In this document: positions 19,312 through 28,631 of the stretch, in pieces
Layout: each line of letters opens with the position of its first letter
Position numbering within the stretch: position 1 is the stretch's first letter
Assembly: GCA_930991035.1 (NCBI GenBank)
Contig: CAKNRV010000003.1
Span: 1,097-65,096 of the forward strand
Direction: 5' to 3'
DNA: 64,000 nucleotides
From: an uncultured Clostridium sp.
GTDB lineage: Bacteria; Bacillota; Clostridia; TANB77; CAG-508
Notes under the pieces: model-generated
What the model was told of the DNA's origin: nothing
Databases searched by the model: none
The model's input: only the letters and a program-made list of their open reading frames with translations
Position numbers and translations under genes: made by a program

Positions 19312-20553
19312 TTACTCCGGAATAGCACTACAACACTCTGTAATATAGTATCTACCTGTACTATAATTGTTTCCAATTTCTTTTCTTGCATCTAAATCAT
19401 TAAAATGCCACCATTCAGAACATAGTGGAGTAAGTCCCGCTTCCACACAATAATTACGTAATCTTTTTGCTCCGTCTGTCATTCCACTTGCCATTGGTAC
19501 ATCTTCCCACGCTGTTTTAGAATTACTATCTACACCATATTTCATACTTATTGCTTTATTACTTAACTCGTGCATTTGTGTAGGCATTTGTTCTTCTGTA
19601 TAATCTGTAATAGACATATATTTATAATTTCCGCAAGTTTTTACTTTGTAATTATTTACTTTAACCAAACTTACATCCATAGCAATTCCTCTTTGATGGT
19701 TTGAAAGAACTTGTGCTATAAACCATCCTTCATTCCATCCGCCACCATTTATGCCATTATACACGGTTTTATTTTCATTCATTAATTTATTTAAGTTTGT
19801 AGAAACTGCAACTTGTGCTTCATAAGGTCTATATGTTTCATATATTTTTAAAGAATATCCTTCTTCTAAAGCTAATTCTTGAGCTTTCATTATTTTTTTA
19901 GCCATAGCATATATAACCGGCATCATATACTCGTTTTTTTCTAATCTTTCATTATACGCCTTATTATTGTATAACTGTTTTCCTGTAACATTTGGAATAT
20001 CTATTTCAGAAGATTTAAATAGCGAGCTATAACTATTTGTATCGTCATATACTATTGATGGTATAATATCTGGTAAATTTACCATACAATATAAAGTACT
20101 TATCCATCCAACTGTTCCATTTACATCAACTTTTAACCAATTTCCATTTTCTTCTAATATTTTAAATCCTGTACCTGCATTTATCTTTTTTACTATTGTA
20201 GACTCTGAACTATTACTTGCTCTAATATTAGAATTTATTGATGCATAACCAGTAGCACCATTTATAGGCAATTCAAAATAGAAATCGTAATCTGGAATAT
20301 ACGTCTTGTCCAATTCATTTAAATCTATAAGGCTACCACTTGCATTTGAATCTGTGGAATTATTTGATACGTTATTTTGCTGTTGTGAACCTATCTCTTG
20401 GTTCACATTTGTGTTATCTGCTACATTTTCAAAATCGTATCTATAACTATTTGATTGATTAGTTAGCAAAAACAAAAAGATAATACTTAATAGTCCTATA
20501 ATTATTAAGCACACTAAGAAAATTGCTACCCCTTTTAATTTTCTATAATTCAT
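19312..20553 (-). CDS. SH3b domain plus M15 family (VanX / D-Ala-D-Ala dipeptidase-like) zinc peptidase
   Basis: SH3b-like NGNWLKVDVNGTVGWIS. M15 motifs YRPYEAQ, SNHQRGIAMDVS and SEWWHFND. Confidence 0.8.
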   Translation of the reverse strand: MNYRKLKGVAIFLVCLIIIGLLSIIFLFLLTNQSNSYRYDFENVADNTNVNQEIGSQQQNNVSNNSTDSNASGSLIDLNELDKTYIPDYDFYFELPINGATGYASINSNIRASNSSESTIVKKINAGTGFKILEENGNWLKVDVNGTVGWISTLYCMVNLPDIIPSIVYDDTNSYSSLFKSSEIDIPNVTGKQLYNNKAYNERLEKNEYMMPVIYAMAKKIMKAQELALEEGYSLKIYETYRPYEAQVAVSTNLNKLMNENKTVYNGINGGGWNEGWFIAQVLSNHQRGIAMDVSLVKVNNYKVKTCGNYKYMSITDYTEEQMPTQMHELSNKAISMKYGVDSNSKTAWEDVPMASGMTDGAKRLRNYCVEAGLTPLCSEWWHFNDLDARKEIGNNYSTGRYYITECCSAIPE

Positions 20554-20625
20554 AAATCTCTCCTTTTCTACTATACCATTATATTACATTTATCGGTAAT
20601 TGTAAAGGATTTTAGACATTTAGCA

Positions 20626-21285
20626 CTACATTTGATTTCTTCTAGCAATCAAATTATTAATCTTACTTACTTGCTCTTCTGCCATATCATAATTTTTGCT
20701 TTGAACTGCTACTTCAAGCACTCCTATTGCTTGCATTATGTCATTATCAATTTGTGTTGAATCTTCTTGTAATGTTACATTTGCATTTTTTACAGAGTCA
20801 TAAGCTTTTTCTATTTTCTTATATACTTCTCTGTCGTCTACCGATTGCATAATTAATTCTATTCTCTTTGCCATATCAGTTACTTTGTTATAATTTGCTT
20901 TATCAATATTAGTTATATTTTTCGATGCGTTGTTAGCCATTGTATTAGTACACATAACTATTGCAAATGATCCTAGTAAGATTACTTGAACAATTACAGA
21001 TAATGTAACACTTTTTACATTGATTAGTATAAATAGTGCACTGATTATAAATGTTAGCACTGAATATACTGCTACTATTGGGAATCTTGCATATCCTAAA
21101 AATTTCTCACTTTTATCTCCTGTTATTATTCCAGCTCCCCAGAATACTATGATTGATAAATTTAATCCTGCAATATTTATCCATCTAGCTGTTGTGTATT
21201 CTTTTAAAGATAAAAATACTACTACATTAACTATTGCTAATGCAACAATTCCAATTATTCCATATAACACTTTATTATTTTTCAT
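20626..21285 (-). CDS. 4-TM membrane protein with a C-terminal helical cytoplasmic domain
   Basis: 219 aa. Its ATG at 21285 shares a base with the stop of the upstream SPFH gene, which suggests translational coupling. Confidence 0.65.
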   Translation of the reverse strand: MKNNKVLYGIIGIVALAIVNVVVFLSLKEYTTARWINIAGLNLSIIVFWGAGIITGDKSEKFLGYARFPIVAVYSVLTFIISALFILINVKSVTLSVIVQVILLGSFAIVMCTNTMANNASKNITNIDKANYNKVTDMAKRIELIMQSVDDREVYKKIEKAYDSVKNANVTLQEDSTQIDNDIMQAIGVLEVAVQSKNYDMAEEQVSKINNLIARRNQM

Positions 21286-22481
21286 TAATCTTCCCTCCTA
21301 GTTCCGCAATTTCCACAGAATTTAGCTCCTGATGCAAGTTTTTCTCCGCAGTTTTTGCATACACTTTCTTCTATTTTTGCTCCACAATTTCCACAGAATT
21401 TACTATTTGCAGGAATTTCACTTCCGCATTTTGGACATTTTATATTTTTACTTTCTTGTTCTGTTGTAGCTGATTTTGGTGCAAATCTAGATACTCTACT
21501 TGTTCCAGCATTTTGTTGAGTTTGTTGTTGACTTACTTGCTCATTTTGCATTGGAGTAAATAATTGGTTTGCTAAACTACTAAATACCCCTGCTGAAGCT
21601 GCTCCCATTCCTATACCTGCTCCCATAGCTGCCATTCCTCCAGCTCCAGGGTTATTAGCAACATCTTTTAACAATTCCTTTGCTGTTAATCTACCCCACT
21701 CATCGCCTTGAACATTTAACTCTATCTTTCCAGCATGGGCTCTTGCATACGCTTCATTAATTGTTCTATAATTTGGATCATCTTCTGGAATTGATATGTC
21801 TGATACATAGAAGTTTACAAGTCTTATTCCATATTCATCCAATATTTCTGCCAAATCATTTTCTACACTCTTTCCTATTGTCTCTAATTCTGTATTCATA
21901 TCTAGGATAGTGTACTTGCATTCTTTCATTGTTTTAGCTATTGTAACTTTTATTTTAGATTGAAATGCAGACCTAAATTGTTCTTGTATTTGCTCTTTTG
22001 TAAAGAATTCTGTATTTCCAACTAATTTTACAAAGAACTTTTTAGAATCTTTTATTTGAATTGCATAACTTCCTCTTGCTCTTACTCCAACAGCAAATCC
22101 ATATTCAGCATCTCTCATTTGAATTGGAGAATCCGTACCCCATAGCATTTCTAGTTTGTGTGCTTTATCAATAAAGTAAATCTTACAGCTAAATGGGCTT
22201 TCTCCTCCTGTAACCATTTTTCTTAAGCCATTAATAAAAGGAAAGTTCTGTGTGTTTAAAGTATGCTTACCTGCTGTAATTGTTCCTACTACTACTCCAT
22301 CTTTCACAAATAGTGCTTCTTCCGATTCCATAACAATTATTTGCGAATTAGTATTAAAATCTTCTTTTGTGTGTTTCCACACAAGTAAATCGTCAATAGG
22401 TCTGTCATTTTTTATTACACTATAAAGTTCCATACCTTTTTTCCCTTCTTCATTATTTTCTTTGTTTCCAAAACCAAACAT
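21285..22481 (-). CDS. SPFH-like (COG4260, YdjI-type) protein with a C-terminal double zinc ribbon
   Basis: LLVWKHTKEDFNTNSQIIVMESEEALFVKDGVVVGTITAGKHTLNTQNFPFI ... MLWGTDSPIQMRDAEYGFAVGVRARGSY follows the YdjI/COG4260 pattern. A Q/G/A-rich linker leads to CPKCG..CGNCG and CKNCG..CGNCG. Confidence 0.8.
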   Translation of the reverse strand: MFGFGNKENNEEGKKGMELYSVIKNDRPIDDLLVWKHTKEDFNTNSQIIVMESEEALFVKDGVVVGTITAGKHTLNTQNFPFINGLRKMVTGGESPFSCKIYFIDKAHKLEMLWGTDSPIQMRDAEYGFAVGVRARGSYAIQIKDSKKFFVKLVGNTEFFTKEQIQEQFRSAFQSKIKVTIAKTMKECKYTILDMNTELETIGKSVENDLAEILDEYGIRLVNFYVSDISIPEDDPNYRTINEAYARAHAGKIELNVQGDEWGRLTAKELLKDVANNPGAGGMAAMGAGIGMGAASAGVFSSLANQLFTPMQNEQVSQQQTQQNAGTSRVSRFAPKSATTEQESKNIKCPKCGSEIPANSKFCGNCGAKIEESVCKNCGEKLASGAKFCGNCGTRRED

Positions 22482-22515
22482 ATTGTACCTCCTACAAATT
22501 ATTTACTCTATTTTA

Positions 22516-23118
22516 TTACCTATATCTTCCTATTCTAAGGCTAGTACATTCCGTAAATCCAAATGCAAAATCTAAATCTACTAAGCCTTCTGATACGTCT
22601 TCTTCTATTTTTTTCTTATTAAATTCTTTTACTTTTGTTGTATCTTTTAATACATTTTTCAATTTATTATATAATTCTTCATCTGTTTGTATTTTTCCTT
22701 CTTTTATTCTTTCTTTTGCCATTTCTAAGGCAGTATTTGAAGCAGAAATTATGTTTTCTTTTGCTTCGTCCCTTAGTAATTCAGATTTTCTTTGCTCCAA
22801 AGATTTGTCTTTCCATAGGTTTGTCTGTTCTTCCATTATGTCATTTACTTTATCTTCCATTCCTGCTGCTACATAACTTTCAATGCTGTCTCTATACACA
22901 TAGTTTAATTGTTTTTCTAGTTTGCTTCGCATTTCTTCTTTTTCGTCTTGGCTTACATCTTTTGTTGCTTCTGAAGTTACTTTTTCAATTAATTCCGCCA
23001 TTTTTTTATTTACTTTTTCTTCGTCTACTTCTTTTTCATTCTCCATCGGTCCACTAGTTTCTAATAATTTATTAAGTTCTTCTATTTCAGCGTTTATATT
23101 TTCCATAGTTAATATCAC
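22516..23118 (-). CDS. E/K-rich coiled-coil protein, function unknown
   Basis: 200 aa (GTG at 23118). ATG at 23106 with AGGAG upstream is the more likely start. No motif recognised. Confidence 0.6.
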   Translation of the reverse strand: MILTMENINAEIEELNKLLETSGPMENEKEVDEEKVNKKMAELIEKVTSEATKDVSQDEKEEMRSKLEKQLNYVYRDSIESYVAAGMEDKVNDIMEEQTNLWKDKSLEQRKSELLRDEAKENIISASNTALEMAKERIKEGKIQTDEELYNKLKNVLKDTTKVKEFNKKKIEEDVSEGLVDLDFAFGFTECTSLRIGRYR

Positions 23119-23156
23119 TCCTTCCTTAAGGTATAAATCTGGTTAATTTTCAACCT

Positions 23157-25538
23157 TTAATGTATATTTTTATTTGCATTTACAATCTTTAATGTTTCTA
23201 ATTTTTGTAATATTTTGTCTGCTTCTTGATTTGCTACTGTTCTTACATATTCGTCATTAGACTCTACTGCCAAATCGCAAAATTTACTATACTTTTCCCA
23301 TATTTCTTTACCTGATGGTCCAAAATTTTGCTCAAATTCATTTATTATAATTCCTGGTTGATTTTCAAAATATGCTTTATATAAATTACCTTTTCCTACA
23401 ATTCTTTCTAATTGTTCTGTTCTTCTAACATTAGGAGAATATGCCACATTATCTTCTTGATATTCGTCTTTCATAGCTCTCTTTGCGTAAAATTCAGTTA
23501 TTCCTTCATTTACTTGAGTATCTTTTCCTTCTATTGAAATACCTCTTCTTGTTATAATATCATTTTCACCCAAATATACATCATTAGCTGACATTTGATG
23601 TATATTCTCGTGTATTGTAGTATGTTTTATTTCTCTTGCATCTTTTCCTTCTACTATAATATAGCTTTTCTTACCATTATTAAATCCCAATATGTTTCTA
23701 GAGTATTCATCCCTTGACATACTATTATATGTTTCCTCCGCTTCTTGGTATCCCATATTTTTAACAGTATCAGATAATGGCCTTTCCATTTTTTGTTTAA
23801 ACCTATCTGTATTACTTAAATAGTTCATAATGTTTTCTTCTTCAAAAAATTGATTTATAGTCTCTTGTGTATCTTTTAAATTTTCATTACTATCGTTAAT
23901 TTTTTCTTGCAATTCTTTTGCTTCTCTTTCTTCTTTACTTAAGAATATTCCTCCAAAGATACCTTCATTTACTTCTTGTGAAGCATCTGGTTGCACTATT
24001 TCCTGTTTTTCTGTAATAGTTTCTGCTCTATTTATATTATTTGCATTTATTTTAGTATTTGCATTTTCTGTATCACTGATTGCATCTTTCCATTTTGGAT
24101 CATCATTACCTATTTCCCTTTGACCGTGGTCCATAGGTTTTGGTTTTTTATTTGGGTCATAATTTATATCGTCTGGTTTTGGTGTAGTATCTCTCATTCC
24201 AGCTAGATAGTTTCTAAAGTTCTTAGGATCATCTTCTCCTACATCATTTTTTACGTTTATTGGAGCATCTTCTGGCTTTTCCTTTTTCTTTCCACCAAAA
24301 ATTCCTTTTATTCTATCCTTAAAGCCTTTTTTATTACTTGTTTCATTTGAATTCTTTATGTCAGTATTATTATTAACCTTGGCTTCACTCTTTACATCAT
24401 TACTCCTAAAACCTGTTACAAAAATAGGCGTATCATAAATAGGTGTATCAGACATTTGAGGCTTATCTATATTAATATCATTAATATTATCCCTTATTTC
24501 TGTATCATTGTATAATTCTTTGTCAGGGACTATCTCTCTATCTCTTTCTATTACTTTATCTGCATCGTCATAAACGTCATTGTCTGCCTCTAGATTCTCG
24601 TCTTTTTCTTCTGGTATCTCTCCAGTGTATTCTTCTGACGGACCATCTGCTCCTTCAGCATCATCTTCTTCTGGAGTCTCAGGTATATCTCCATTGCCTC
24701 CTTCGTCGTCTAAATTGCTGTCATCTCCATTTGCTACATCATCTGTGTCATTACTTTTTTCTGGTCCATCTAATTCGTCTTGTTCTGGTGTTTCACTCGT
24801 TTCACCATTTTCGTCTTCTGGCACTTCGTTCGTGTCTTCTTCTACTTCTTTATTTTCACTGTCTTCCTCTTCTGGCACCTCGTCCGTGTCTTCTTCTACT
24901 TCTTTATTCTCGCTGTCTTCCTCTTCTGGCACTTCGTCTGCATCTTCTTCTACTTCTTTGTTTTCGCTGTCTTCCTCTTCTGGCACTTCATTTGTATCAT
25001 TTTCTTCGTCCGCGTCTGCACCTGTATCAAGTGCCTCGTCTTCTTCAACATCTGGTTCCGTATCTGTTCCCACATCAGTATTTATTCCTTCATCTTCATT
25101 TATCTCTGTGCTAGTATCTGTTTCTGAACCTGTATCCAATCCTTCGTCCTCAGTTACATCTTCACCAGTGTCTGCATCCGGTTCTGTATCTAATCCTTCG
25201 TCTGCACCCTCGTCAGTTTCTGTGTCTACATCTGAACCGGCATCTAACTCTTCGTCAGTTTCTGTGTCTATATCCGAGCCAGTGTCTAGCCCTTCATCTG
25301 CTCCTTCGTCTACTTCTGTGTCCATATCCGAGCTAGTGTCTAGCCCTTCGTCTACACTTACGTCTGCTTCTGTATCCATTTCTGAGCTAGTATCTAGCCC
25401 TTCGTCTGCACTCACATCGGCTCCTGTATCTACATCTGAATTAGTATCCATTCCAACATCTGAACTCACATCAGAGCTTGTATCCATACTTGTATCAGAA
25501 CTCATATCTGTGCTTGTGTCTGAAAATTCATCCCCCAT
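23157..25538 (-). CDS. Very acidic repeat protein with a C-terminal HExxH / NEGxTE zincin-like domain
   Basis: Start moved to ATG 25538 (AGGAGA 6 nt upstream). The first ~330 aa are D/E/T/S-rich degenerate repeats (DTSSD, DTETDEG, 18-aa EVPEEEDSENKEVEED units). HENIH is encoded at 23598-23612 and NEGITE at 23493-23510, 30 residues downstream. No signal peptide or TM helix. Confidence 0.75.
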   Translation of the reverse strand: MGDEFSDTSTDMSSDTSMDTSSDVSSDVGMDTNSDVDTGADVSADEGLDTSSEMDTEADVSVDEGLDTSSDMDTEVDEGADEGLDTGSDIDTETDEELDAGSDVDTETDEGADEGLDTEPDADTGEDVTEDEGLDTGSETDTSTEINEDEGINTDVGTDTEPDVEEDEALDTGADADEENDTNEVPEEEDSENKEVEEDADEVPEEEDSENKEVEEDTDEVPEEEDSENKEVEEDTNEVPEDENGETSETPEQDELDGPEKSNDTDDVANGDDSNLDDEGGNGDIPETPEEDDAEGADGPSEEYTGEIPEEKDENLEADNDVYDDADKVIERDREIVPDKELYNDTEIRDNINDINIDKPQMSDTPIYDTPIFVTGFRSNDVKSEAKVNNNTDIKNSNETSNKKGFKDRIKGIFGGKKKEKPEDAPINVKNDVGEDDPKNFRNYLAGMRDTTPKPDDINYDPNKKPKPMDHGQREIGNDDPKWKDAISDTENANTKINANNINRAETITEKQEIVQPDASQEVNEGIFGGIFLSKEEREAKELQEKINDSNENLKDTQETINQFFEEENIMNYLSNTDRFKQKMERPLSDTVKNMGYQEAEETYNSMSRDEYSRNILGFNNGKKSYIIVEGKDAREIKHTTIHENIHQMSANDVYLGENDIITRRGISIEGKDTQVNEGITEFYAKRAMKDEYQEDNVAYSPNVRRTEQLERIVGKGNLYKAYFENQPGIIINEFEQNFGPSGKEIWEKYSKFCDLAVESNDEYVRTVANQEADKILQKLETLKIVNANKNIH
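24810..24992 (-). repeat. 54-bp in-frame tandem repeat (~3.3 copies) inside the acidic protein gene
   Basis: It encodes EVPEEEDSENKEVEED(A/T)(D/N) three times, then a partial copy. The DNA copies are near-identical (cttctggcacttcg..gtcttcttctacttctttatt..). Confidence 0.9.
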
Positions 25539-25646
25539 TATTTTCTCCTTTCCTTCTTGAGGCACTAAAGTAGAGCTACAAATAAATTACTTACAATCGT
25601 CACTCTACCTTTTCTGTACCTTTTATATTTTTTATATTATTCTATC

Positions 25647-28337
25647 TTATTTATTAAATTCTGCACTAATTGTTTTTTGTGCTGCTATTTTAGAAAATGG
25701 TATTTTTGTGTTATACATTATTCTTCTTAAGAAGTGTATTTTTGTACAGCACTCCAATTTAGTGCTTATTCTTTCTCCTGTATATTCTTTTATCATTTCA
25801 GGAATTTGTTTGTATATTTCATTTAATTTATTTCTATCATTACTATCTTCATTAAAAGCTGACACATAAATTCTTCTAGCATATTCTTCCGATTCTGCCT
25901 TTAATTTATAATCACATCCATCATTACAGCAACTTGCACATTTGCATTGTAAGTATGGTCTAAGCATATCTTTTTTGTCATTCCAATATGTTGATTTTTC
26001 TGCAATTTCTTCGTCACTAATTGTTGTTCTAATACTTACTTTCTTTCTATAATCTTCTGTAACTAATTCTTCTGGCTCTTCTAAACCATTCATATAGAAA
26101 AATGCTTCACCTGGTCTTAATTTAGCAAGCCTTTCAACTTGAACATCTTTCATATCTGTGCAGTTACCTAATATTGTTCTATCATTTTTCTCAACTAAGT
26201 TAAATGCTAATTTTATATTTGTAAGTTTTACAACATCGTTTGTAACTTTTTCAGGTGATTGGTCTGCAATTACTATTCCAACACCTAAAGACCTGATTTC
26301 TGCAAGCATTCTTGTTAACAATTTTTTAGCTACCGCACTTGGATTTGCTTGCCCTTCTACCATATCGCTAGAAGCTGCTAATAGTACGTGTGCTTCTTCT
26401 AATAACAATAGATTTTTTAGCTCACCTGTTCCAATGAAATTGCTATTTACATATGACTGAATACTTAACAACAATAATGCAATTATCAATGATTTTTGCT
26501 CTTCATTTTCTATTGCTGCAAGTTCTATAACTGTTGGCTTTTTTAGTAAATCTTCTATTGGTATTGTGTTATAATTTCCAAATAGTCGTACTAAACTTTT
26601 AAATCTGACATATCCAGCTTTACCAATATTTGCTGCATCCCCTCTATAACCAATCCTTTCAAATACTTCCATAAATGTTTTTAAAAAGTCTTCCATTGTA
26701 AAGATATCTGCTCCATCGTCCGTTGTATAATGTGGTAACCATCCAGCTTTTGCATAGCACTCGTCCAATGTATCTTCAAATATTTTATCCAGTGGTGTTA
26801 CCATCGACACTGCTGCAGAAAAAGCCGTTTTTAAAACAGTTTTATAACTTTGTAATTTAACATTTTTAGGTGGTATAAATGGGTTTAGTATGTAAGGAGA
26901 TATAAAATCTTTTCCTGGTGTAAATACTTGTAAGTCCGGTATACTATCAACCATAGCTCTATATTCATTTTTTGCTGGCTCTATTACCAAAAATGGAATA
27001 TGATGCTCTTTCCATATTCTATCTAATAAGCTTACAGAAAATGTTGTTTTACCACATCCAGGAGTACCTACAATTAACATATGTTTTGTTAAATCTCCTA
27101 GAGAAAATCCTATTTGGTCTCCATTAGAAGAACTTTTTAGAGTTCCTACCATTATATCTCCATTGTTTATCACTTTTTTATTGTATTTTTTTGCACCTTT
27201 GTCCGCTTTACTTATATTTACTCCAGCCGCAAGTTCATTATCTCCATAAGGGATTCTAAAAAATTCGCTTGCTTCTTCACTTGTTACTACAAATGGAAGT
27301 CTTCCAAGTGGTGAATTTGCAAAGACTGGGTTTTCTGCGTTTTTGTCCATTAAAATTTCATTTATTACCCAAGGTAATGAAGAAAAATATTCTTTTACAT
27401 CAAGTTCATAATTTCCAATCTCATAATTTCTTAACTTGGCATATTCTCTTTTTTCTTTATTTCCACCAATACTTAATTCTCCACTTATTCTGTTTGTAAT
27501 ATTATTTATGTTATTGTAGTCTGAGCATATTAAGATATTATACGCAAATAGCACACCATATTTATTTGACTCATAATATTGACATATAGCTGATGGCTTT
27601 TCTGCTAATACATTTGGAGGTGTTCCCTCTGGGCCTGGTACTCCTTTGCTGATTATATCTAACGTACTACTGTATTGTTCCAAATTATTAATTTCATTTT
27701 GACTAAATAAAGTTGGTATTAAATCAATTATGATTGCTGAATCTGGATATTGCATTAAAGTAGTTACTATTTTTGTAAAGTTACAATCCTGTACTGGTAA
27801 TTTATCAAATGTAAAGCATTGAGGTAAATAAGCACTTTGTATATTTTCCAATCTATAATCTTTGGTTATCACTCTTTTCTCTTTACACTCAATATTCATA
27901 ATGTCATTTAATAAATTTTCTTTATCTTCTACTTCTGCTAAAGTATATTTATTAATTGCTAGAACTGACTTAATAGCATTTTTTAATTCTTGTAATCTAG
28001 AGTTAAGATATTCCTTATCTCCAGAAATACCCCTTAATACAATATATATTTTTACGTTTGCTCTATATGTTTGATTTTTTACTTCTTCAGATTTAAATAC
28101 TAGTTCAATTGAATAGTCTTGATTCTGATATTGACTTACAAAATCCTGTTTACAACCGAAAAAAAATTCTGTTAGCAATGTTTCAAATTCTTTTTTATTT
28201 TTTTGAGAAAATTCTTTTTCTTCTGATGGCTCTTTTACAAGTATAGATATATCTGGAATTTCTTTTATTTCAAATATATCAATTCCATTAAATTCCCCAT
28301 CTGCTAATTCAGTTATTAGGCATCTATTGCTTTCCAT
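25647..28337 (-). CDS. HerA/FtsK-superfamily (DUF87-like) P-loop ATPase with a large unknown N-terminal region and a Cys-rich C-terminal tail
   Basis: 896 aa. Walker A is VGTPGCGKTT (aa 423-432, nt ~27042-27071) and Walker B is LLLLEEAH (aa 643-650). The HerA-type segment is GVGIVIADQSPEKVTNDVVKLTNIKLAFNLVEKNDR. C-terminal cluster CKCASCCNDGC lies at aa 798-808. Confidence 0.75.
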   Translation of the reverse strand: MESNRCLITELADGEFNGIDIFEIKEIPDISILVKEPSEEKEFSQKNKKEFETLLTEFFFGCKQDFVSQYQNQDYSIELVFKSEEVKNQTYRANVKIYIVLRGISGDKEYLNSRLQELKNAIKSVLAINKYTLAEVEDKENLLNDIMNIECKEKRVITKDYRLENIQSAYLPQCFTFDKLPVQDCNFTKIVTTLMQYPDSAIIIDLIPTLFSQNEINNLEQYSSTLDIISKGVPGPEGTPPNVLAEKPSAICQYYESNKYGVLFAYNILICSDYNNINNITNRISGELSIGGNKEKREYAKLRNYEIGNYELDVKEYFSSLPWVINEILMDKNAENPVFANSPLGRLPFVVTSEEASEFFRIPYGDNELAAGVNISKADKGAKKYNKKVINNGDIMVGTLKSSSNGDQIGFSLGDLTKHMLIVGTPGCGKTTFSVSLLDRIWKEHHIPFLVIEPAKNEYRAMVDSIPDLQVFTPGKDFISPYILNPFIPPKNVKLQSYKTVLKTAFSAAVSMVTPLDKIFEDTLDECYAKAGWLPHYTTDDGADIFTMEDFLKTFMEVFERIGYRGDAANIGKAGYVRFKSLVRLFGNYNTIPIEDLLKKPTVIELAAIENEEQKSLIIALLLLSIQSYVNSNFIGTGELKNLLLLEEAHVLLAASSDMVEGQANPSAVAKKLLTRMLAEIRSLGVGIVIADQSPEKVTNDVVKLTNIKLAFNLVEKNDRTILGNCTDMKDVQVERLAKLRPGEAFFYMNGLEEPEELVTEDYRKKVSIRTTISDEEIAEKSTYWNDKKDMLRPYLQCKCASCCNDGCDYKLKAESEEYARRIYVSAFNEDSNDRNKLNEIYKQIPEMIKEYTGERISTKLECCTKIHFLRRIMYNTKIPFSKIAAQKTISAEFNK

Positions 28338-28540
28338 TTCTTCTCCCCTTATTTTATATTATAATTTGTTTAAATTCTCAGTTTATTATATTTTGTACGC
28401 ATAAACAATATTCTCTCATTTAGTTCTATGTGAACGGATATTATTTAAATACTTATAAAACACAATAGAACGACTACACTTTTATTTTATCACTTTTTTG
28501 TTTTTTTGTGTAGTATTTTTAACTAATTTGTCATATTTTA

Positions 28541-28569
28541 TTGAAAATTAAAGTTCTCTATGTTATATT
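28541..28569 (+). promoter_or_regulatory. Sigma-A-type promoter for the 28632 gene
   Basis: TTGAAA (28541-28546), 17-nt spacer, then TGtTATATT, an extended -10 (28561-28569). Confidence 0.5.
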
Positions 28570-28631
28570 AAAATAGTAAAATAATTATTGTTGTTTTGCC
28601 AAATTCCATATCTAAGAAGGAGAGTATTATA

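Noticed and set aside
22516-23118. Calling the 200-aa coiled-coil protein PspA/IM30
   Set aside because: It is attractive because of the YdjI-like neighbour, but I cannot align its sequence to the PspA N-terminal helix pattern by eye. It is left as unknown.
24580-25560. 326-aa Ser-rich ORF on the plus strand, plus ORFs 24731-25114 and 24780-25127
   Set aside because: These are antisense shadows of the acidic D/E/T repeat gene. GAx/GAy-rich codons read as Ser/Leu-rich open frames on the opposite strand. They have no RBS and no independent signal.
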